Position numbers and translations under genes: made by a program
The notes under the pieces: generated by a model
The model's input: the letters and a program-made list of their open reading frames with translations, nothing else
What the model was told of the DNA's origin: nothing
Database searches by the model: none
From: an uncultured Nitrososphaerales archaeon
Lineage (GTDB): Archaea > Thermoproteota > Nitrososphaeria > Nitrososphaerales > Nitrososphaeraceae
Assembly: GCA_963695855.1 (NCBI GenBank)
Contig: CAVOHZ010000010.1
Span: 736,001-800,000, forward strand
Length of the DNA: 64,000 bases
Direction of reading: 5' to 3'
In this document: piece after piece, positions 1-10,803 of the stretch
How positions within the stretch are numbered: position 1 is the first letter of the stretch
Layout: every line of letters starts with the position of its first letter

Positions 1-490
1 ATCTTCTACTCTATCTAGTGTTCTTTATGAAATTTATATAATGATCTATCCGTCCACAAACTCGATTTGTTTAGTTGATTTTCTGCAACCCAGCTGCTTC
101 TAGCTTGTCTACTTCAAAACTTGTTACATACAGCTTACTTTCTTCTATACTTGCATCTTTTCTATATTCATTATCTAGTATAACTCTAATTGAGACAATA
201 AAACACACCCTAAATTAGGAAACTAACTTGGTTACGCTAAAAACTAGATACTAGTATGATTATTTATGTTAACTATTGCTTTATTCCAAGACTCAGAAAT
301 CGATAAGATGATCTAAATTTTTGACAGCAACAAATTAACAAAAATTTTTTCTTATATAAAAGGGAGATTTATCTTTTCAAAATTAATGAAAATCATAGTT
401 GCGAAACAAAACAATAATTATTATAGTTTATTGATCTCAGAATACCGATAAATCAAACAGATTTTTATAGAGTTTGTAAGAATATGTATT

Positions 491-1867
491 CTACCTCCAG
501 GTTTTATTTTTTATTGTGATTGCAGCATAAATTAACAGCCAAGTAAAAAGGAAAGTTGATAATAAATTCATCAATGGTCTGTAAAACCATCTTGAATAAC
601 CCGGTCTTCTCAATCTAACGTCAATACCATACATTAAACCTGCAAATGCTGCACCGGAAAGATAAACTAAACCACTAAAATAATCTCCTGATAACGGTAA
701 CAAAATAAGTGATTTTATAATTATATATGGTCTGAATAATCTCAATACTATAGTGACATAATAAAAAATGGCCGCAGGTAACGGTCTCTGCCAATATATT
801 GAACCGGTAGCAAATATACTTCTAATAAAACTCTTCCGCCATCGTATTTGTTGTTTGATTAGGGAACCTAAGGTATCTGGAACCCCTATCTCTACATTAA
901 CCTTTAAACTATATTTTAATTTCCATAACTTTATTTTATTATCATTGAATTCAATAGTTGTCTTATTTCTGCGCATATCCTTATCCAAATCTTTCACCTT
1001 TCCAAGGACAAATGCAGTAAGTCTTCTGTCTGTAGCAAATCTAAAATCGATCCCTAAAAAACGATCGTTAGCCCATTTATCCATATATTGTTTAACTGCT
1101 TCTCTTCTAAAAGCAGATAACGCACCAGAACAACAAGTAAGAGATGAAAAGGAACTCTCCATTCCTTTTAGGATTCTATATTGACCATCAAACCAAACAT
1201 CTTGGATTTTTTCTAGTAAATTGCCTTTTTCCGCATTTCGAACTCTTCCATGCGCTGTAATAGCTCCAATTTCCTTATCTGATAGAAATATTTTAACTGC
1301 ATTTGTGATAGCATCTGTTGTCATATTGCAATCACTGTCCATAAAAAAATAAAACTCGCCTTTTGCTATTTTTATAGCTTCTTTTATAGCGTGTTTTTTT
1401 CCTAAATTTACTGGCAAGTCTATTATAACTAAATTTGGATTACTTTTTTTTATCCGCTCTAGAATAATTGGTGTTTTGTCTGTACTTGCATCATTAACTA
1501 CGATGATTTCTTTATATCCATATGACGAATTTGTGCAAGATTCTATGCATCTTTCTATATTTCCTTCTTCATTTTTAACTGGAATAACAATTGATACTAA
1601 CGGGTTCTCCTTTGAGGGATTGTCTTTCTTAATTTCATTAAAGGGATCTCTATATCGCAAGTATGACAAAGAAAATAAGGTAAATAAAATAAATGTTGTA
1701 AGGACACTATAAAAGCCAACTGTAAAATCTATAATAAAAATCATGAAGTATATTTTTATTATCAAAATAATTGCTATAGCAGCAAGTATAAAATATCTCA
1801 ATACCCATCTCCTGTTACTCATTTCACGAGATTTGATTGACCCTTTTTCCATAATCATTTTTATCAC
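491..1867 (-). CDS. Processive GT2 glycosyltransferase, hyaluronan synthase/NodC-like
   Basis: IPVKNE, VNDASTD, FMDSD, TDRRLT and QQIRW (QxxRW) motifs; hydrophobic helices at both ends. Confidence 0.85.
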   Translation of the reverse strand: MIKMIMEKGSIKSREMSNRRWVLRYFILAAIAIILIIKIYFMIFIIDFTVGFYSVLTTFILFTLFSLSYLRYRDPFNEIKKDNPSKENPLVSIVIPVKNEEGNIERCIESCTNSSYGYKEIIVVNDASTDKTPIILERIKKSNPNLVIIDLPVNLGKKHAIKEAIKIAKGEFYFFMDSDCNMTTDAITNAVKIFLSDKEIGAITAHGRVRNAEKGNLLEKIQDVWFDGQYRILKGMESSFSSLTCCSGALSAFRREAVKQYMDKWANDRFLGIDFRFATDRRLTAFVLGKVKDLDKDMRRNKTTIEFNDNKIKLWKLKYSLKVNVEIGVPDTLGSLIKQQIRWRKSFIRSIFATGSIYWQRPLPAAIFYYVTIVLRLFRPYIIIKSLILLPLSGDYFSGLVYLSGAAFAGLMYGIDVRLRRPGYSRWFYRPLMNLLSTFLFTWLLIYAAITIKNKTWR

Positions 1868-2135
1868 AATTTCATCCTTTTATGTTGGTTGACATCTTTT
1901 ATACTATTTTTATTTCAGATACGAAATTCGATATTAAATATAATAGTAGATTATATTTAATCTGATTATCATAAAAATTTATTGCGATGTTAATTTTATT
2001 AAAACAAATAGTGTGAATTTATAATGATTATTAAAGAAAGCATATATAGTTAATATTATTTATTTATATTATTATGTATTTATTGTTCACAAACCATTAT
2101 CATCATAACATAGAAATTTTTACATATTATAATCA

Positions 2136-2882
2136 ATGGATGGAATCCGGGTGCGAAAAATGCAAATAGTAAAGGTTAGTTCTGTATCATTCGAATATGG
2201 TTCGGAGAAAATTCTAGACGATATTTCTTTTAGTGTGAATGAAGGTGATTTTCTGGGGATTATTGGACCAAATGGTGCGGGTAAGACCACTTTATTTTTT
2301 TGTATGCTTGGTTTAATAGATGGGTATACTGGTGAAATAAAAATATTTGGGGAAAATATTAGAAGAAATAAGAAAATTTTAAAGCAAATTGGCTATATCC
2401 CACAAAGAAAATCTATTGACAGAAGGTTCCCACTTACTATAAAAGAATTGGTTTCTCTTTCAATTACAAACAAATCATATGTTGACAATGTGGATAAAGT
2501 CTTAAGATATGTTGACCTTTATGATAATCGAAATAAAATAATCGGTCAATTATCTGGTGGACAGCAACAACGTGTTTTAATTGCGAAGGCACTCGTTAAT
2601 AAACCTAAAATGTTGATGTTAGACGAACCAACAAACGAACTTGATCAAACAAGTCAAGATAATTTCTACCTCTTTTTAAAGCAACTGAATGATGAAGAAA
2701 AAATTTCCATTATATGGACATCACACGATCTCGGCGCAGTAAATCGACTCTCTAATAAAATATCCTGTATTAATAAAAAAATGTTTTACCATGGAACAAA
2801 AGACGACTTCTTCTCTAATGATAATAATTTAAAAAAATACTCTGAATCAGAGATGCAAATTCATATGCATAGTCATTATTAA
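2136..2882 (+). CDS. znuC: Zn/Mn ABC transporter ATP-binding protein
   Basis: Walker A GPNGAGKTT, signature LSGGQQQR, LDEPT, His-rich tail HMHSHY. Confidence 0.88.
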   Translation: MDGIRVRKMQIVKVSSVSFEYGSEKILDDISFSVNEGDFLGIIGPNGAGKTTLFFCMLGLIDGYTGEIKIFGENIRRNKKILKQIGYIPQRKSIDRRFPLTIKELVSLSITNKSYVDNVDKVLRYVDLYDNRNKIIGQLSGGQQQRVLIAKALVNKPKMLMLDEPTNELDQTSQDNFYLFLKQLNDEEKISIIWTSHDLGAVNRLSNKISCINKKMFYHGTKDDFFSNDNNLKKYSESEMQIHMHSHY

Positions 2883-2915
2883 TAAAATGAGAATTGATGT
2901 TGAATGTTGATTTAA

Positions 2916-3737
2916 ATGCAAGAATTTTTTGATTTTTTTTCGTTCGGATATATTCAACGAGCCTTAATCTCAGGGATTTCAATCGCAATAATGTGTTCAT
3001 TAATTGGATTATTTCTTGTTTTACGAAAACAATCACTTTTTGGGGACGCGATTTCTCATATGGCTTTTGGTGGCATAGCTATAGGAACATATTTGAATAT
3101 TTACCCCTTCTGGACTGCAATAATTTTTTCTGCTTCTTCTGCCCTGGCCATAAATAAAATACGATATTACACTAAGCTTAACGCGGATTCAATGGTTGCT
3201 GTCTTGTTATCTTTTGGTCTTGGAATGGGAGTAACTTTGATAAGCGTATCCGATGGTTTTTCTGTTGATTTATTCAGTTTTCTTTTTGGAAGCATCCTGT
3301 TGGTAAGTTATGAAGATGTATTAATCACAGTTGGAATGGTTATTATTGTTACGTCCATAATTGGTTTATTTTTCAAAAAATTCATTTATGTTACTTTTGA
3401 TGAAGATCAAGCAAAAATTAGTGGTTTGCATGTTGAACAACTTGATTATTTATTTATAGTTTTGGTTGCAATAACGGTAATAGTTTCTATGAAGCTAGTT
3501 GGAATTCTTCTTATATCTTCCTTGATAGTCATTCCAAATATTGCATCACTGATGTTAAATCAAGGTTTTAAAAGAACTCTTTTTATTTCTATAATAATAT
3601 CTGCATGTTCTGTTTTCTTTGGGATAATTCTTTCATATTATTTTAATACTGCTCCAAGTGGCATGATCGTATTGTTATCAGTTGGGATTTTTATTGCAGT
3701 TATAATATCCAAATATTTTTATCAAAATATTGCTTAA
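2916..3737 (+). CDS. znuB: Zn/Mn ABC transporter permease (ABC-3)
   Basis: GDAISH, FLFGSIL, VGILL motifs; multi-TM; follows the ATPase. Confidence 0.88.
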   Translation: MQEFFDFFSFGYIQRALISGISIAIMCSLIGLFLVLRKQSLFGDAISHMAFGGIAIGTYLNIYPFWTAIIFSASSALAINKIRYYTKLNADSMVAVLLSFGLGMGVTLISVSDGFSVDLFSFLFGSILLVSYEDVLITVGMVIIVTSIIGLFFKKFIYVTFDEDQAKISGLHVEQLDYLFIVLVAITVIVSMKLVGILLISSLIVIPNIASLMLNQGFKRTLFISIIISACSVFFGIILSYYFNTAPSGMIVLLSVGIFIAVIISKYFYQNIA

Positions 3738-3846
3738 TTTTTTCAGTCATTCTTCAATAGTCAAATAAATATGTGTGTAATGCCTATCCTTGAATGAAAT
3801 ATCCTTCAATGAAAATAAGATGAATTCTATCCATAAAAAGATGTTA

Positions 3847-4542
3847 TTAAGTCATCTCATTTATAACCTGATCAAATACTGAATATGGATATGCTCCCTG
3901 AATTGCAACAGGCGTAGTACCATTGTATAGAATAAAAGACGGAGTACTTGTTAAACCAATACTTCTTGCTAGCTTATCATTTTCACTTACTAAGGAATTG
4001 TATTTATGTGATTCAACACAGTCAGAAAACTTCATTAAATCAGGCACTCTGACGTTATTAGCAAATTGTTTCAAGTTGTCTTTAGTAATCCACCCTGTAT
4101 TCTCTCCATTTGAATTTCTATACAATTCATCATGATAATCCCAGTATTTTCCTTGTTCTGCTGCACAATAAGATGCCTCAGCTGCTAATGTAGACGCCTT
4201 ATCACTAGGAAGATCGTTTACTATAAAATCTTTGAAAATAAATCTAACTTTTCCAGTTTCCACAAAATTTGTGACCAAAGAATTCTTTGTTTCCTTATTA
4301 AAACGTGCGCAAAACGGACATTGATAATCTCCAAATTCAACTATAGTCAATTTTGATTTATCTTCTCCTATACCAGATGCATTAGCAGTTATTGGTTGAA
4401 GCAAATTACGAATGATATCCTGGGTTTGTTCAGAATCTGGAATAGATTTATTTTTGGGAGCAAAATTGAGAAAACCTAGTAAGGTTCCAAGTAACATTAT
4501 TGCCATGAGTGTAATACTCGCAATTACAATTTTTTTCTTCAT
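3847..4542 (-). CDS. DsbA-family thiol-disulfide oxidoreductase, membrane anchored
   Basis: EFGDYQCPFC active site, TPSF cis-Pro loop, GAYP, N-terminal hydrophobic anchor. Confidence 0.9.
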   Translation of the reverse strand: MKKKIVIASITLMAIMLLGTLLGFLNFAPKNKSIPDSEQTQDIIRNLLQPITANASGIGEDKSKLTIVEFGDYQCPFCARFNKETKNSLVTNFVETGKVRFIFKDFIVNDLPSDKASTLAAEASYCAAEQGKYWDYHDELYRNSNGENTGWITKDNLKQFANNVRVPDLMKFSDCVESHKYNSLVSENDKLARSIGLTSTPSFILYNGTTPVAIQGAYPYSVFDQVINEMT

Positions 4543-4642
4543 ATATTATCAATACAATAAAACTTCTTATTAATCATGTGGCTCATAAATAGGTCGATTA
4601 TGTTCAGAACAATTAAATCTTGGTCTGATTGTTTTTACATAT

Positions 4643-4807
4643 ATGAGCACTGGTGGACTAGGGAGTGTTACCTATGACTGCATGAGATGTGGGACTGGTG
4701 TCACCATAGAGGAATTATCAACATTACCGGAAATAAAATGTATTTGTGGTTTCAGAGTATTTAGGAAAGCTAGACAACCTGTAGTAAAACAAATAAAGGC
4801 AATCTAA
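4643..4807 (+). CDS. rpo12: RNA polymerase subunit P (Rpo12), not in the ORF track
   Basis: Hand translation MSTGGLGSVTYDCMRCG...IKCICGFRVFRKARQPVVKQIKAI (54 aa); Zn ribbon and C-terminal motif typical of Rpo12. Confidence 0.9.
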   Translation: MSTGGLGSVTYDCMRCGTGVTIEELSTLPEIKCICGFRVFRKARQPVVKQIKAI

Positions 4808-4899
4808 TCAATTTTGGGTCCTTTAGTATTGAAAGAAAATTTAAATTAAATTGATAGGGTATAGTTTATTGCCTTCTTAATATTATAATATATTATTAT

Positions 4900-5073
4900 A
4901 TGAAAATAATATGTCCAGATTGTAAAAAAACTGCTCATTTAGCCGATGATTTTACTCTAGTAAAATGCACGTATTGTTCTCTTGAACTAAGTTATGGGGA
5001 ATACGTCAAATATATCGCATACAAAGATCCTAGGTATAGTGATATTTTGAGTGATTACAAGAGAAACACCTGA
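4900..5073 (+). CDS. Small zinc-finger protein (57 aa), not in the ORF track
   Basis: MKIICPDCKK...VKCTYC...YGEYVK; two CxxC pairs, ATG start, clean stop. Confidence 0.7.
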   Translation: MKIICPDCKKTAHLADDFTLVKCTYCSLELSYGEYVKYIAYKDPRYSDILSDYKRNT

Positions 5074-5437
5074 AGGTGCTATAAAAATAAAATACTAGCT
5101 ACAAACACTAGAATTCTAGAAGAATTACAAATTTAATTATTTTTGTACCAATAAAAAAATAAATATCCATAATAATGAAAACAGTATTTACGAAAGGATA
5201 AACTGTAGTTATTCTATATAATAGTGTCTATTAATTTCAAACTAAATTTCTAGAAAACAAAAAAGGATTATATATAATCCTTAACAAAATAATAAAATAA
5301 CCATTTGTAATTTTTTGGCGATAAAATACGATACCCTTGTCAAATAATATGTAAAAATAGGGGTAATCTTAAACTAACCACATCCATTACATCTAGAAAA
5401 TACATTAAGAATAGAAATTTGAGAACTCCTCATAATA

Positions 5438-5830
5438 TTATGCACGAATACAAATAATTGAATCCAATTGGAAAATGCTAGGAATCCAATAAATTTTCCT
5501 ACATAGATAATAATAATGAAATTGTTCCTTTCTATCTTTTGCATATTGCATGGTCGTTTCCATTATCTTCTTTTTAAATAAGGAGCATTTTACTCTTGTT
5601 CCAATTTCAAAGAAGTACAGACATGAGAATATCACCTACTACAATCTCGATATATTACCCCTATCATATTTTCAACTCGCGAATATAGAAAGTGTTCAGT
5701 AACAACTATGTTTCTGCACCTTGAAATGTAAGCACAAATTACAATCTATGCACTACTTGAACTGCTACTCATAACCATCATTTTGCGTTTGCGATTTTTA
5801 CCAATGCAGATACTCTTCATAGATAGATTT
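5438..5830 (-). pseudogene. Possible heavily decayed acyl-CoA dehydrogenase fragments
   Basis: Minus-strand fragments TMQYAKDRKEQF and AVQVVHR...FYIRELKI resemble ACAD C-terminal motifs; many stops, fragment order not colinear. Confidence 0.25.
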
Positions 5831-6134
5831 GTTTTGGATGAACTTTGTAACCGTTCCTAGCTCATATCAATCGCTTTCTATCTACAAATGGTTTTATGCT
5901 GTTGTTACATTACGAAAACTGAATCCCAAAAAATACAAATATAGTTCATACATGATTATCTGGCTGAATGTGCTTTCAGGTTCTGATAATCCCAATATAG
6001 TATCAGAAAATAGTTAAGATATAGTTTTTTCCTCTGTTTTAACATAACAGCGCCATTATTTATCTGAATATCCCAATTTGGTAGAAGTAGCTACTTATTC
6101 ATTTTTATTATTCTTATTTCTATATTTCTATAAA

Positions 6135-6437
6135 ATGAGTATTAGTGAAAAAAAGATTAATGAATTAAGAACAGGAATGAGAGGAATAAATGTTAAAGTA
6201 AAAGTAGATAGCATATCTGAACCAAGAAATGTTAATTTAAGAACTGGTGGTCAAGCCAAGGTAGCAGATGCTCAAGTGTCTGATGAAACAGGCGTTATCA
6301 AATTATCGTTATGGGATGATCAAATCAATATGATTGAAGAAGGTGATATGATATTGATTGAAAATGGCTATACTCACGCGTTCAGAGGAGAAAATAACCT
6401 CAATATAGGAAAATACGGTAAAATTGTAAAACTATAA
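6135..6437 (+). CDS. ssb: Single-stranded DNA-binding protein (single OB fold)
   Basis: VADAQVSDETGVIKLSLWD and IENGY OB-fold motifs; likely start ATG 6135. Confidence 0.88.
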   Translation: MSISEKKINELRTGMRGINVKVKVDSISEPRNVNLRTGGQAKVADAQVSDETGVIKLSLWDDQINMIEEGDMILIENGYTHAFRGENNLNIGKYGKIVKL

Positions 6438-6539
6438 CGAAAATAGCATAAAAGACGAAATTTTATATATTCCTAAATTATATCAACGAACAGTCCAGTT
6501 CTGAGATAAGTTATAAATGGGAAATATAGAATCGCAAGT

Positions 6540-7079
6540 GTGAACGATAAGGTATTATCTACAAATAAAATTCCAAGCGGAACGATAGACAATATTAATG
6601 TAGTAATTGAGATCCCTAAGGGCAGTAATATCAAATATGAGGTTGATAGGGAAACTGGTGCACTATTTGTTGACAGGAAATTATTTACGGCAATGTGTTA
6701 TCCAACCAATTATGGTTTCATCCCATCTACACTTGAAGGTGACGGTGATCCTGTAGATGTTTTAGTACTGGGAGAATTCACAGTAATTCCACTTTCTGTT
6801 ATTCGGGCAGTTCCGATTGGTGTCCTATATACTGAGGATGAAGAAGGTCAAGATTCCAAAATTATTGCGATCCCCATAAAAAAAATAGATTCAAGTTTTT
6901 TACCAATAAATGACGTTAGTGATATACCAGATATTACCAAAAAACAGATCGAGCATTTCTTTGAACATTATAAGGAATTAGAAGCAGGAAAATATGTGAA
7001 AATTTCTGGATGGGGAAACAAACAGGCAGCTCAAAAAAAGATTTCAGAAGCTATTGACAGATTTTCTAATTCAAATTAA
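6540..7079 (+). CDS. ppa: Inorganic pyrophosphatase (family I)
   Basis: EIPKGSNIKYE, YPTNYGFIP, DGDPVDV, HFFEHYKELE. Confidence 0.95.
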   Translation: MNDKVLSTNKIPSGTIDNINVVIEIPKGSNIKYEVDRETGALFVDRKLFTAMCYPTNYGFIPSTLEGDGDPVDVLVLGEFTVIPLSVIRAVPIGVLYTEDEEGQDSKIIAIPIKKIDSSFLPINDVSDIPDITKKQIEHFFEHYKELEAGKYVKISGWGNKQAAQKKISEAIDRFSNSN

Positions 7080-7114
7080 ATTCATATTTGAAGTGGAAAA
7101 ACAAATGTATTATG

Positions 7115-8320
7115 TTATAGTGCCTTAAATTGTTCACTCCATCTCATATAAGCTCTGATCATGTCTATGCTAACACTAGGCTTCCTTATCTTTATTATTT
7201 CCTTAAAATCGTTCATCGATACTGGACGAGGATTAGAATCTTCTTCCAATGCCTTACCGCTATCGAATAATTCATTCACAACACGTAGCTGTGCAGCTTG
7301 GCAAATATCTTTAATATCGCTTGCACTATATCCTTGAACAAGTTTAGCAAGATCTTCAATTTTAAGACCTTTTTCCTTCTTTAAGGGTGCTGTATATTGT
7401 TTAAACAAATAATTTCTTGAATCATTATCGGGTAAAGTAACATAAATTCTCTTTTGAAATCTTCTCAGAAAACCTGCTTCCAAGCTCCATGGTTTATTTG
7501 TTGCACCTATCACGTACAATTTAGATTCTTTGGCTTTGTTATTTATTCCATCCATCTCTGTTAGGAATTGATTTTTAACTCTTATCTCTCCTCCGACCTC
7601 TCCATTTCTTGTACCTAACAGAGAATCTATTTCATCTATGAAAAGTAATATCGGGATATTTTCTGTTTCTAGTAATTTATTGGCCATCTTAAATAACTTG
7701 GAAACGTTTTTCTCAGCCTCTCCTAGCCATTTACTCATCATTGCTGCAGCGTCCACATTTATAAAATATCCATCTATTTCGGCAGCAGCAGCTGCAGCCA
7801 ATAAAGTCTTTCCACATCCTGGAGGGCCATAAAGTAATATTCCACGTGGCCATCCGAGAGGAAAAAGATCAGATCTTTTCATTGGATAAACAATGGATTC
7901 ACGTATGGCTCTTTTAGCGTCATCTAACCCAATAACATCTTGCCATGAAACATTGGGCTTTTCTCTCATAACCAGATTATCAAATTCATCACCAAGTTGA
8001 TCTCTAGACTTTTTCCCGTCCATTGCCATTTTTTTTCCATGACTTTCTTGTTCATTTAAAATTAGGTCATCACTTTTATCATCCTCGAGAATGTTGGACA
8101 TCTGTAATGATTTTATTCTATTCATATAAGCATTAGCTCTTTCCATGTAAATTTTATTTAATTTGTATTCTGGATAAATCTGAATTAACTTATTAAGGGC
8201 CTCTATCGCATGTTGATATAATTGAATAGCTTTTATCCTAGAACCTTGAGAGTCTAACCTTATTGCTTCTGCAGCAAATTTACTAGCACTATTTTCTAAT
8301 TCTTGTGGGGCTAAAATCAT
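7115..8320 (-). CDS. cdvC: Cell-division AAA ATPase CdvC (Vps4-like)
   Basis: N-terminal MIT-like domain; GPPGCGKT, SKWLGEAEK, FIDEID, GATNKPW, C-terminal EQFKAL. Confidence 0.92.
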   Translation of the reverse strand: MILAPQELENSASKFAAEAIRLDSQGSRIKAIQLYQHAIEALNKLIQIYPEYKLNKIYMERANAYMNRIKSLQMSNILEDDKSDDLILNEQESHGKKMAMDGKKSRDQLGDEFDNLVMREKPNVSWQDVIGLDDAKRAIRESIVYPMKRSDLFPLGWPRGILLYGPPGCGKTLLAAAAAAEIDGYFINVDAAAMMSKWLGEAEKNVSKLFKMANKLLETENIPILLFIDEIDSLLGTRNGEVGGEIRVKNQFLTEMDGINNKAKESKLYVIGATNKPWSLEAGFLRRFQKRIYVTLPDNDSRNYLFKQYTAPLKKEKGLKIEDLAKLVQGYSASDIKDICQAAQLRVVNELFDSGKALEEDSNPRPVSMNDFKEIIKIRKPSVSIDMIRAYMRWSEQFKAL

Positions 8321-8518
8321 AATTTTTATCGACTATCCTAGAATTAATTTGTATTTTTATTACTATTATGTGAATCTTAATTGTTCAACAAACCAAAAAA
8401 TTTGTACCAAATATTTTGTGGATCATCTACATCACTATAGACTATTAGTTTAAAGGTATTATAAATGAACAATAATTATTTTATCTTCTTATATAAGTGA
8501 TAATAGTTTCAAATATTT

Positions 8519-9793
8519 CTATAAAAACGCGGAAATTGTTTGTTGCTTATTATTATCTTTAATTTTTTTTTGATATTCTAATGATTTCTCTAACATTTTT
8601 AAAATTTTCTTATCCTTAGTTTCTTCTACATAAATTACATAAATCAAAGCACTATTTTTATTATTAGATTTCCTAATTACTCTTCCAATTCTCTGAATCA
8701 ATTGATTCATGTTTTGTGTGTTTGAGACTATTATTGCTATACCTACAGAAGGAAGATCAAATCCTATTTCCAAAGTATGAACTGATAATAGCACAAAAAA
8801 TGATTTGCCCCAATCATCTAAAATTGTCATTCTCTGTCGAGATTTAATTTTGTTGTGAATTACTTCAGCCCTTATACTGGATTTGCTAAGCATCTCTCTG
8901 ATCTTATTAATGGATTCAATGGTTTCACTAAAGATCATTATTTTCTCAGTTGGATGGTTTTTAACAATTTTAATAGTTTCATCCAATTTCGACAAAGTCT
9001 CATTCAGTAATTTTTTTCTTTTCTGAACGTATAAAAACCATTGTTTTGCTAATCTCGACTTTATGCCCCCGTATTTTAATAATCTAGAAATTTCAATCGG
9101 ATTAGAAGATTTCAATTTCAACGATATTTCTCTTATTGATTTGGACATATCTTCATATTCTTTTCTCTCCTTAAAATCTAGTTTTACAGGCCTGATTATT
9201 ACTTCCGGTTCAGTTAATCTTCCATCATCTACAGCTTCCTTAATCATATATTTTCTCACAGGCGGTATCAGCGCAATTATTTTGGAATATTTGGGATCTC
9301 TTTCGTCTATTGTAGCTGTTAGACCCAAGATAGCTTTACTGGAATCTTCTTCTAAAATTGAAAAAATATTGCTTAATTTCTTGGCAGTGGAAGAGACAAG
9401 ATGAACTTCGTCTAATATAACCATTTTAGAGTTTCTGATTAGATCAAAATTTCTTATAATGCTTTGATATGTACTAAACGTTATTTCCTTGATATCTTTT
9501 TTCTCGCCATAGAAAACACCGATACATTCTTTTTTTATACCATATTGATTCAATCTTCTGATATTTTGTGCGATCAATACAATACGTGGGACGACAAAAA
9601 GAATATTAAAAGCACCGTGAGAATTTTCTGTTTTTGCTATTCTTCTAGCACATTCAAATGCTATCTCTGTTTTTCCAGTTCCTGTACTGTAAATGATGGA
9701 TCCTCTATTTTGATTTTTTAACCAAGAATTTACGGCTTCTATCTGATCCTTTTCTAAGTTAAATGGAAATTTTAAAGATGTAATTTCTGACAA
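8519..9793 (-). CDS. SF2 helicase, XPB/Rad25-like
   Basis: TGTGKT, DEVH, LGLTAT, QRIGRVIR. Confidence 0.85.
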   Translation of the reverse strand: MSEITSLKFPFNLEKDQIEAVNSWLKNQNRGSIIYSTGTGKTEIAFECARRIAKTENSHGAFNILFVVPRIVLIAQNIRRLNQYGIKKECIGVFYGEKKDIKEITFSTYQSIIRNFDLIRNSKMVILDEVHLVSSTAKKLSNIFSILEEDSSKAILGLTATIDERDPKYSKIIALIPPVRKYMIKEAVDDGRLTEPEVIIRPVKLDFKERKEYEDMSKSIREISLKLKSSNPIEISRLLKYGGIKSRLAKQWFLYVQKRKKLLNETLSKLDETIKIVKNHPTEKIMIFSETIESINKIREMLSKSSIRAEVIHNKIKSRQRMTILDDWGKSFFVLLSVHTLEIGFDLPSVGIAIIVSNTQNMNQLIQRIGRVIRKSNNKNSALIYVIYVEETKDKKILKMLEKSLEYQKKIKDNNKQQTISAFL

Positions 9794-9931
9794 ATACTAC
9801 CGAAATATATCTAATGTGATTAATAATTCTAATCAAATGAACTTGTTTTAGATGGTTATTGCAGACTTTCAATCATGGTTTACAATATTAAAGATTATTT
9901 ATTCGAGTATTTTAATACATAACATCTTTCA

Positions 9932-10438
9932 ATGAATGTATTTGTTTTAATGTTGAAGCAAGACGATCCGACTAAATGTACTGCTGCTAAGTTAAAAAAG
10001 TTTCATCTAATTAATTCAACAACATTCATACCTAAAAACACAATTGTTTTAAATGCATTATCTAAAATTGTGCTGTCCAGAGACGATCTAAATAATGGAA
10101 AATCATTATGTGCTATCGATTGTTCGTGGAATTATATCCAAGAAACACTAAATAAATTTAAAATCATAAAAAAAAGAATCGACAGACGTCTTCCTCTCCT
10201 CCTTGCTGGGAATCCAGTAAATTATACTAAGCTGGGAAAATTAACAACAGCAGAGGCCTTGGCTGGGTCTCTTTATATTCTTGGATATCAATCCAGAGCA
10301 GAGAAATTATTGAATAAATTTAAATGGGGGCACACGTTTTTAGAACTGAATTTGGAAATCCTAAAATCATATAGTGAAACACACAGTCCTGAAGAAATTA
10401 AAAAGATTGAAAAGGAATATTTTCCAAATGTATATTAG
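9932..10438 (+). CDS. tsr3: 16S rRNA aminocarboxypropyltransferase Tsr3 (DUF367)
   Basis: DDPTKCTAAKL, DCSW, LPLLLAGNPVNY, FKWGHTFLELN. Confidence 0.93.
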   Translation: MNVFVLMLKQDDPTKCTAAKLKKFHLINSTTFIPKNTIVLNALSKIVLSRDDLNNGKSLCAIDCSWNYIQETLNKFKIIKKRIDRRLPLLLAGNPVNYTKLGKLTTAEALAGSLYILGYQSRAEKLLNKFKWGHTFLELNLEILKSYSETHSPEEIKKIEKEYFPNVY

Positions 10439-10460
10439 ATAATATATATTTTGTAACAAC

Positions 10461-10745
10461 GTGAGCTAGAGCGCGAGTTACTCATAACGAGAGGAAACTC
10501 CTCCCTCATAGCAGGCACCCAAATTAGCGATAATTAGCTGGAGACAGCTGGCAACGTAACAGAAAAGCTATCTAGAAGAGTCTATATATCTGTGATGGTT
10601 AATCGCCTGAGATCCCCTTACCTAGAATGAAACTGACGACCTGGGTGGAGCAAGGCCAAAACGAGTTATAAGGTTCCTGCACTTACTCAGGTTGGCCGCT
10701 TAGCGAAATCTCGCATAAACAGAAGGAGGGTTATTCCTAGCACAC
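10461..10745 (+). ncRNA. rnpB: RNase P RNA
   Basis: Conserved GAGGAAACUCC (CR I), ACAGAAA, UGAAAC, GGAGCAAGGCC and AACAGAAGGAGGGUUAU (CR V); terminal helix GTGAGCTAG/CTAGCACAC. Confidence 0.93.
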
Positions 10746-10750
10746 CATTG
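10729..10750 (+). repeat. attL-like core (rnpB 3' end) GGTTATTCCTAGCACACCATTG
   Basis: Matches 21204-21220 at 16/17 and 21357-21376 at 17/20. Confidence 0.7.
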
Positions 10751-10803
10751 CTTCAAGTGAGTGTTCTAGCAGTAATTATTTATCTTACATTAATAAAATA
10801 AAA

